From: a bacterium
GTDB lineage: Bacteria > Hinthialibacterota > Hinthialibacteria > Hinthialibacterales > Hinthialibacteraceae
DNA length: 14,029 bases
Assembly: GCA_963663405.2 (NCBI GenBank)
Contig: CAXXSM010000039.1
Coordinates: 1-14,029, forward strand
Reading direction: 5' to 3'
The stretch's first letter is position 1, and each line of letters opens with the position of its first letter. Below the pieces are notes generated by a model. It did not search any database, was not told the origin of the DNA, and saw only the letters and a list, made by a program, of their open reading frames with translations. A program made the translations under genes and the position numbers. Shown here in pieces: positions 1 to 5,423 of the stretch.

Positions 1-2
1 TC

Positions 3-1085
3 CTGATCGGCATGAGACAGAAACTGACGCCCACCCCCTACGCGATTCATGCGTCGTCGGCGTCTAGATTAACCAACGGCGCGGTCACGAGTTTAAACTC
101 TCTGCAGGATGATGTCACGCTGCTCGAAGGCTCGAATGTAACGATCACACCGGGCGCTAATTCACTCACGATCGCAGCCAGTGGCGCGCCTGGCCCTCCA
201 GGGCCAGAAGGACCTCCGGGGCCAATGGGGCTACAAGGTGATACTGGACCGAGAGGACCAGAAGGGCCTCCGGGTCCAATGGGGCCTAAAGGGGATACTG
301 GTTATCCCGGTCCACAAGGTGATCCGGGGCCTCAAGGTCCAAAAGGTGATCCCGGTATCCAAGGACTCAAAGGCGAACCGGGTCCACAAGGGCCCAAAGG
401 TGACAGCGGTCCACAAGGGATTCAAGGCGAACCAGGGCCTCAAGGATTCCAAGGTGAGCCGGGTTCTCAAGGGCCCAAAGGTGACATTGGTCCACAAGGG
501 ATTCAAGGCGATCCAGGGCCTCAAGGGTTCCAAGGTGATCCGGGTCCTCAAGGGCCCAAAGGTGACATTGGTCCACAAGGGCCTCAGGGTGAATCCGGTG
601 AAAATCAAATTCGAAAAATATATCGAAGCGCCGGAAAAGGATCAATGATTAATAATCTCAATGAAAATGATATTGTGCCGGGAAGAGAATTGACATTCTA
701 CAAAGAATTCGAAAATACGACGATACGCTTTGCCTATTGTGATAATTTCATGCTACGATGGTTGTCTGGTGATGAAACGAAAGCTGTAAGAATAGAAGTC
801 GTTATTGACAATACTCCTCATCCTCCTGATTCTCCTTCTACTCCAAATGTGTTTTTTGATTTTATTCATAATTCAGATGAGCAAAAAGTTTCTAAAGCTG
901 AACCGTCAACTTTGTTCGCCTATTTAGATAATCTTTCAGTAGGAGAACATACAATAACCCTTAAGGCTGAACAAGTTCATACTTATAGTTTTCCAAATTC
1001 CCAGGAGTTTGTGATAGGTTCATATGGTTCCCGATGGACCATGGAAGCGGAGGAAGTTGAATTAGGAGAGATACCCGTTGAATGA
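3..1085 (+). CDS. Collagen-like (Gly-X-Y) surface/fibre protein, 5'-truncated by the window edge, with a globular C-terminal domain (CTHRC1-C-like)
   Basis: The frame is open from nt 3 (CTG ATC GGC ATG...), so ATG12 is probably internal. The sequence shows an [10 protein letters not shown] motif, then a [31 protein letters not shown] neck-like segment, 47 consecutive GXY triplets (183-605) and a ~160-aa C-terminal domain, with stop TGA at 1083-1085. Confidence 0.9.
   Translation: MIGMRQKLTPTPYAIHASSASRLTNGAVTSLNSLQDDVTLLEGSNVTITPGANSLTIAASGAPGPPGPEGPPGPMGLQGDTGPRGPEGPPGPMGPKGDTGYPGPQGDPGPQGPKGDPGIQGLKGEPGPQGPKGDSGPQGIQGEPGPQGFQGEPGSQGPKGDIGPQGIQGDPGPQGFQGDPGPQGPKGDIGPQGPQGESGENQIRKIYRSAGKGSMINNLNENDIVPGRELTFYKEFENTTIRFAYCDNFMLRWLSGDETKAVRIEVVIDNTPHPPDSPSTPNVFFDFIHNSDEQKVSKAEPSTLFAYLDNLSVGEHTITLKAEQVHTYSFPNSQEFVIGSYGSRWTMEAEEVELGEIPVE
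183..605 (+). repeat. Collagen triple-helix repeat region (47 Gly-X-Y triplets) containing an 81-bp tandem duplication
   Basis: GAP GPP GPE ... GES GEN runs without interruption. A DNA unit starting CAAGGGCCCAAAGGTGACA recurs at 387, 468 and 549 (period 81 bp = 27 aa). Confidence 0.95.
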
Positions 1086-1160
1086 TATGAAATTGTAGAA
1101 AGTTGACCTTTCATTTAAGGGGGAAACGTATTTTTCCATCTCCATGAAAGGAGAATTGAA

Positions 1161-2011
1161 ATGAAAACTACCCTTTATGTATGTTTTCTACTTGTGAGTA
1201 TATTCGGATTGACCGCTTATGCGGATTACGCGATTCTGTGGCATACGGTGAATGGCGGGGGAAGCGTCCAACAAACCGGGGGGGATTTTACTATAAGCGG
1301 CACGTTCGGGCAGACCGACGCCAGCGCGGGGTGGCCGGCTGCGCCGTATAAACTCACGGGAGGTTTCTGGTTTGGCGTGTCAGCGGTTCTATACGATCTT
1401 GATTATCTTGTGAACGGTGACGGTTTGGGAAATGGCAGTGGGAAATACTGGCCTACTCCTGATGTATCCACTATTGACGACGGCTATTTCGATGCGCGAT
1501 TCGTTCCGGCGGTGGCTTTGAGCGGGCAAGACATTTATCCCGGTTGGTGCGCGGATAATGATACGTATATCAAACTGGGCCGGTGGTATGAGAATGTCAG
1601 TTGTTATTCGTCCCTAAACTTTTCCAATACCTGCGCTCAATTTGTGAATATTGGAATTCTGACAACCTGTCATCCGTGAACGCTTTGTTAGCGTTATACC
1701 GTGAGGGGGAATGGGACGGAGGAATTACGATTGGCTCCCAAGTCTATACCGTTACCAATAACGATATTCAGGCGGTTATCTGGACGCTGCTGTTCAATGG
1801 CGTTCCCAGCGGAGGCGGTATCTCTTGGCAGCAACCGGTTGTGGATGAGTTATCCAGCTTAGTCAGCGGAATGGCTCCCACTTACATTTCCGGTTCCGAT
1901 ACGCCGATTGTTATTATTATTGACACGACCGATCAGGTGAATTTGCTTGAGGCGCCTTATTGGATGTATGAAGAGTTATTGGCTTTGGGGATTGTGGATG
2001 ATTGTTTGTAG
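1161..2011 (+). CDS. Secreted protein with a putative Cys-Gln thioester (TED/TQXA-like) domain; split by a 1-nt frameshift near 1600-1650 (~283 aa if repaired)
   Basis: RBS AAGGAG precedes ATG1161. Signal peptide MKTTLYVCFLLVSIFGLTAYA|DY is followed by a Gly-rich module WHTVNGGG..GGDFTISGTFGQTDA..YKLTGGFW. WCAD (1545-1556) lies in ORF 1161-1679, while DIQAVIW (1763-1783) and DQVNLL (1931-1948) lie in overlapping ORF 1601-2011. Adding one base (e.g. GTG [G]AA TAT TGG at 1646) joins the two ORFs. Confidence 0.75.
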
Positions 2012-2045
2012 GTTTTTTTTGATACAGGCTTAGTGTGGAATTATG

Positions 2046-2113
2046 CCAGGGCAGATGAAAAGCCTTGCCCTGGGTACCCAGTATGATTTCGTTTGGTTTT
2101 TATTGTGGGTGGG
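2046..2113. repeat. REP-like palindrome copy 1 plus conserved linker
   Basis: CCAGGGCA-gatgaaaagcct-TGCCCTGG (2046-2073), then GTACCCAG and TATGATTTCGTTTGGTTTTTATTGTGGGTGGG. Nearly identical to 2773-2839. Confidence 0.85.
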
Positions 2114-2149
2114 ATGTTTGGGGTTGATTGGAGATGTGGTAGATTTAGA

Positions 2150-2183
2150 CCAGGGCAGGAAAAAGCCTTGCCCCGGGCGCCCC
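2150..2183. repeat. REP-like palindrome copy 2
   Basis: CCAGGGCA-ggaaaaagcct-TGCCCCGG (2150-2176) followed by GCGCCCC. The one stem substitution gives a G-T wobble on the minus strand. Confidence 0.8.
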
Positions 2184-2191
2184 TAAAAGGT

Positions 2192-2449
2192 TCATTGGTT
2201 TGTACGCTTGGAATGACGCTCGTGTAAGCGCCGCCGGATATCTTTCCAGTCTTCCTCCGTCATCTCACTGGCTTCCGATTGCAGGCCTTCCAGAAGCAAC
2301 GTTTCCAACCGTTCATTGGCTTTTCGTTTTTGATCTTCTCGAAGCAACGCGCGAACGTATTCGCTGACTGTGCCAAATCCGCCGTTTGAGACTTCGCGAT
2401 CAATAAATTCCTTCATACTCTCTGGGAGAGAAATCGTGATGGTAGTCAT
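2192..2449 (-). CDS. parD: Type II toxin-antitoxin ParD-family antitoxin (ribbon-helix-helix, CopG/Arc/MetJ), orphan
   Basis: MTTITISLPESMKEFIDREVSNGGFGTVSEYVRALLREDQ is the RHH pattern of CC2985-like ParD antitoxins, and LETLLLEGLQS matches their C-terminal L..L.EG..S motif. ATG at 2449 is preceded by GGTGA; the ORF track starts at an upstream TTG (2455). Confidence 0.88.
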   Translation of the reverse strand: MTTITISLPESMKEFIDREVSNGGFGTVSEYVRALLREDQKRKANERLETLLLEGLQSEASEMTEEDWKDIRRRLHERHSKRTNQ

Positions 2450-2491
2450 ATGCAATTCACCAGTTCTTCCATGTAGATCGAGATCACAACT

Positions 2492-2545
2492 GAAAATGAG
2501 TCGCGGAAGAGTTTGCGAATGAGATAGTTATTGAGACTCATTTTC
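2492..2545. promoter_or_regulatory. Inverted repeat upstream of parD, candidate operator
   Basis: GAAAATGAGTC (2492-2502) and GACTCATTTTC (2535-2545) form a perfect 11-bp inverted repeat 32 nt apart, next to an AT-rich tract (2546-2600). Confidence 0.4.
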
Positions 2546-2704
2546 GTATTAATTGAGAAAAATTAAGAATATTTATTAATTATTATATCCTTTCTTCGAT
2601 TTTTAGACTAGGAAAGATTGTTTGAATCACGGAGGGTTTAGATATACGCGGATTTCACGGGAAAAAAACTACGATCATTATGACTTTTTCGTAGATTTCG
2701 TGAT

Positions 2705-2759
2705 GTATGATTTTATTTGGTTTTTTATTGCGGGCGGGACGCATGCGGTCCATTGGATT
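2705..2759. repeat. Linker-only copy of the REP-associated repeat
   Basis: GTATGATTTTATTTGGTTTTTTATTGCGGGCGGGACGCATGCGGTCCATTGGATT is a close copy of 2807-2859 (GTATGATTTCGTTTGGTTTTTATTGCGGGTGGGGCGCCTGCGGTCCATCGATT). Confidence 0.8.
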
Positions 2760-2772
2760 TGTGGGATTTGCG

Positions 2773-2859
2773 CCAGGACAGAAAAAAGCCTTGTCCTGGG
2801 TACCCAGTATGATTTCGTTTGGTTTTTATTGCGGGTGGGGCGCCTGCGGTCCATCGATT
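2773..2859. repeat. REP-like palindrome copy 3 plus linker
   Basis: CCAGGACA-gaaaaaagcct-TGTCCTGG (2773-2799) carries a compensatory G-C to A-T change relative to the other copies. GTACCCAG and the linker follow. Confidence 0.85.
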
Positions 2860-2863
2860 AGAA

Positions 2864-2901
2864 AACGCGCCGGGTTTCCTGTTGTGGGCACCCGGCGCGT
2901 T
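2864..2901. terminator. 12-bp perfect hairpin; possible intrinsic terminator for minus-strand transcription, or a second repeat family
   Basis: AACGCGCCGGGT (2864-2875) pairs with ACCCGGCGCGTT (2890-2901) around a 14-nt loop. On the minus strand the stem runs into TTTTCTAAT. The right arm plus flank (CCGGCGCGTTGTTGTTTCCGCT) is repeated exactly at 3018-3039. Confidence 0.45.
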
Positions 2902-2947
2902 GTTGTTTCCGCTGCTACGAACTATTCGAAAGTGATCTAGAATTACA

Positions 2948-2982
2948 CCAGGGCAGAAAAAAGCCTTGCCCTGGCTACCCAG
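2948..2982. repeat. REP-like palindrome copy 4 (GTAG-footed on the minus strand)
   Basis: CCAGGGCA-gaaaaaagcct-TGCCCTGG (2948-2974) followed by CTACCCAG. The minus strand reads GTAG-CCAGGGCA...TGCCCTGG. Confidence 0.85.
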
Positions 2983-3084
2983 CTGGAATGAGAGGGTGGT
3001 AAATGAAAGTCAATTTTCCGGCGCGTTGTTGTTTCCGCTATTTGAGTTTGCGCTGATTTGCGCTCTATTATAGCTATATTATTT

Positions 3085-5013
3085 CTATTCCATCAATGTC
3101 CAATCATTGATGATGGAACCGTTTAGTGTTGGGATGGTGAACGGTTCGGACCAGAGGACGCCCATCATGTTATCGCCACCGCCGGAGGTGTTGCGGTCGG
3201 CGGAATCGACGCCGAATTCACCGTCAAGCCAGACGCATCTCTCTACGCGGTTCATAAACCAGTCTGTCGCCAAACCCGCTTCTACATTCTCTGGCGTAGA
3301 GACAAGCCATCCCGAGAAATTATCCGGTGTTTCGATTTCTTCGTTCCAGTTAGTTAGATCGCCCATTTCAAAGTCCGCGTTGGGGAAGGCGAGGCTGGCT
3401 GTTTGACCGTCCCAGAAGTAGAAATCGTCCGCGGCCATCCAGGCCCACGCGCCGGTCAGGTGGTCTTCGACATAGATTTGGCCTGTTTTGCCTTGATGTC
3501 CGGTTTCAATGTAAAACCGGTATTCGGGAAACTGCCATTCATCCACGCCGTCTTTCTGCGCGCCATTCCAAGCGATCCCTTGGTTTCTTTGCCGGTAGGT
3601 GAAGTCCTCATCGTCTTCGAATGAACCATTCTCGTTCATGTCGACCCGGAGTTCGATCGAGGCTTTTTTGTCTTCTCCACTGCCATCCACCGGATTGACG
3701 GCGTCATCGATCCGTGTGGTTTGCTGCGCCGCGCTGAAGGACATAAAGACGCTTTGCGATGGATCGGGGATGGGTTGAATCGTAAACACATCCGACCGGA
3801 GTTCAACGCCTTTCAGATCGGGAAACTCGCCGCCCGCGTCCGCCAAGGAACCGGAGCCGACCCAGACACGCCCTGCGCGAGCGTATCCATCGGCGGGTCT
3901 GCCAAAGAACGTAAAGGTCGCGTCCGGATCGTCCGCATTGCTTCCATCCAATAGGGGAACGTTATTCACTGTCCAGCCGGGGATGCTTCCATTTGGATGC
4001 GCTTCCGGGGGAGGAGTTAAGCCGGTTAGTTCATCCGGGAGAACGCCGTTTTCTACGCCCGCTTCGAAACCGCCGTTTGTGATGACGCTGTTATCCCAAT
4101 TCATGCGGATGGCGTCGAGGCTGATTCCATGAGTGCTGGAGACATCCACGGCGACGAACTGCGCCCTTCTTCCTTCGTAACCGGATGTATTGATGATAAC
4201 GGTTTCCATTCCCGCGTCAAAGTTGCTCCAGGTAAAACCGATTAGAGGAATATCCATTCCTTCGGTATACACGCCGTCCGGATTCTCTGTTTCTGTGCCC
4301 AGATCGACGTAGGCGAAGATTCCGTTATCACTGCCATACGCGCCGGGTTTATCCCAGCGGGAAGAAGCGGGACCGGCAAAGACGCCATAAATAAAACTGC
4401 TGATTGGAGTCAGTTCAAACGGATCGGATTCAATCACCGCTGTGTCGCTCAATCCATTCACTTGGGTTGTTAAATACCGTGTGCTATAAGCCGTCGCGGC
4501 CAATTCAGTATCGGCGCCGATTAACTGATCGGCGGTGAGATTTCCGGAGATAATATTCCATCCCGTGAGGGGAGGATCTTCTTCAAAGAAGCCGTTTGGC
4601 GCCCCGTTGACCGTCATGATTCCATCCGCGTTGTTCAGGCGGACAACGTTGACGGCGATGTATCCGGTTTCGCTGTTATCGACGATTCGGATTTTGGCGA
4701 TCTGTCCGGCGAACTCATCGAGACGGACGATGATCCGCTTCCAGTTGTCCGGACCGACATTGTTTCTCGGTTCGGAGGATTGACGGGTGACGATTGAGGT
4801 GTCGGCGGACATCCAATAGTCGAATGTTCCATCATTCCCGGCGTCAACGCCAATATCAACCGTCTCTGGTGAGAATTCGTGATACATATTTGATACGATG
4901 TCAAATACTAAAAATGTGGGATTGTTTCCGGTGTTGTTCGTATCGGCTAAACCAGGATAACAACCGCTGAGAATCAATCCACAGCATCCTGCGATCAACA
5001 ATGTTCTTTTCAT
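3085..5013 (-). CDS. Exported acidic hypothetical protein (642 aa) with three ~200-aa beta-sandwich/CBM-like repeats
   Basis: RBS CAGGAG precedes ATG5013. The N-terminal signal MKRTLLIAGCCGLILSGC could be a lipobox (LSGC) or an SPI site (GLA|DT). Motifs N.(G/D/F)FE...W, S..F(T/E)(I/L) and G..A.I..VD...I..D each occur three times. The protein ends SIINDWTLME. Confidence 0.85.
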   Translation of the reverse strand: MKRTLLIAGCCGLILSGCYPGLADTNNTGNNPTFLVFDIVSNMYHEFSPETVDIGVDAGNDGTFDYWMSADTSIVTRQSSEPRNNVGPDNWKRIIVRLDEFAGQIAKIRIVDNSETGYIAVNVVRLNNADGIMTVNGAPNGFFEEDPPLTGWNIISGNLTADQLIGADTELAATAYSTRYLTTQVNGLSDTAVIESDPFELTPISSFIYGVFAGPASSRWDKPGAYGSDNGIFAYVDLGTETENPDGVYTEGMDIPLIGFTWSNFDAGMETVIINTSGYEGRRAQFVAVDVSSTHGISLDAIRMNWDNSVITNGGFEAGVENGVLPDELTGLTPPPEAHPNGSIPGWTVNNVPLLDGSNADDPDATFTFFGRPADGYARAGRVWVGSGSLADAGGEFPDLKGVELRSDVFTIQPIPDPSQSVFMSFSAAQQTTRIDDAVNPVDGSGEDKKASIELRVDMNENGSFEDDEDFTYRQRNQGIAWNGAQKDGVDEWQFPEYRFYIETGHQGKTGQIYVEDHLTGAWAWMAADDFYFWDGQTASLAFPNADFEMGDLTNWNEEIETPDNFSGWLVSTPENVEAGLATDWFMNRVERCVWLDGEFGVDSADRNTSGGGDNMMGVLWSEPFTIPTLNGSIINDWTLME

Positions 5014-5041
5014 CGAGTTTCTCCTGTTTTTGCTCGCTTGC

Positions 5042-5083
5042 GGGATATGTGAATCAAAGGACTCAACGTATTCACATGATCCC
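5042..5083. promoter_or_regulatory. Imperfect hairpin/inverted repeat upstream of the 642-aa gene
   Basis: GGGATATGTGAAT (5042-5054) pairs with ATTCACAT-g-ATCCC (5070-5083): 13 bp with one bulge, 30-70 nt upstream of the start codon. Confidence 0.4.
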
Positions 5084-5236
5084 TATCGAGAATCATTGTA
5101 CTGGGGAAACATGGCTTAACGAAGAGTATAGTTCACAGATATAGGATATCTCGTGAGATTCTAATAATTTTAATGGATTTTCAATAATTGGGTGGTTGAT
5201 TGGTATGGGGGGAGGGGGAAGGTATAATGGATTTAG

Positions 5237-5269
5237 CCAGGGCAGATGAAAGCCTTGCCCTGGGTACCC
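5237..5269. repeat. REP-like palindrome copy 5
   Basis: CCAGGGCA-gatgaaagcct-TGCCCTGG (5237-5263) followed by GTACCC, in the same orientation as copies 1-4. Confidence 0.85.
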
Positions 5270-5367
5270 GTGTATGAAAACTAGTTACTGGTGGATCGAT
5301 AAGGCGTGACTTTTACCCTACGAAAGATGGGTGAACATGGTTCCGTATTCTTTCATGAAAATTATTT

Positions 5368-5396
5368 GGTGGGCCGATAAAGCCGGCCCACCCTAC
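5368..5396 (-). repeat. Classical GTAG-type REP element of a second family
   Basis: The minus strand reads GTAG-GGTGGGCCG-gctttat-CGGCCCACC: a GTAG foot plus a perfect 9-bp GC-rich stem, 27 nt after the RND stop codon. A degenerate copy lies at 5274-5325. Confidence 0.75.
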
Positions 5397-5423
5397 GAGA
5401 GCCGCATATCCAGTAAGCTTTGT

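Noticed and set aside
181-648. Alternative-frame ORFs over the collagen region (181-648 +, 231-608 -, 367-645 -)
   Set aside because: These are expected by-products of a repetitive GC-rich Gly-X-Y sequence that lacks stop codons in other frames.
2620-2702. Degenerate CACGG/CGCGG short repeats and a weak CTACGA/TCGTAG hairpin
   Set aside because: It resembles low-complexity intergenic repeats but is single-copy here and too degenerate to support a call.
2918-2929. CGAACTATTCGA identical to the core of the MarR operator (11956-11967)
   Set aside because: The outer TTAGG/CCTAA arms are missing and the site is not at a promoter, so it is probably a chance match.
2622-2940. ORFs 2622-2861 and 2707-2940
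   Set aside because: They are translations of the repeat mosaic, with no convincing RBS or protein-like features.
2046-2982. CRISPR array interpretation of the palindromic repeats
   Set aside because: Spacing is irregular (104, 623 and 175 nt), the intervening sequences repeat each other or contain a gene, and no cas genes are present.
2046-5269. Integron attC cassette array
   Set aside because: The repeats lack RYYYAAC/GTTRRRY core sites and are too short, and there is no integrase in the window.
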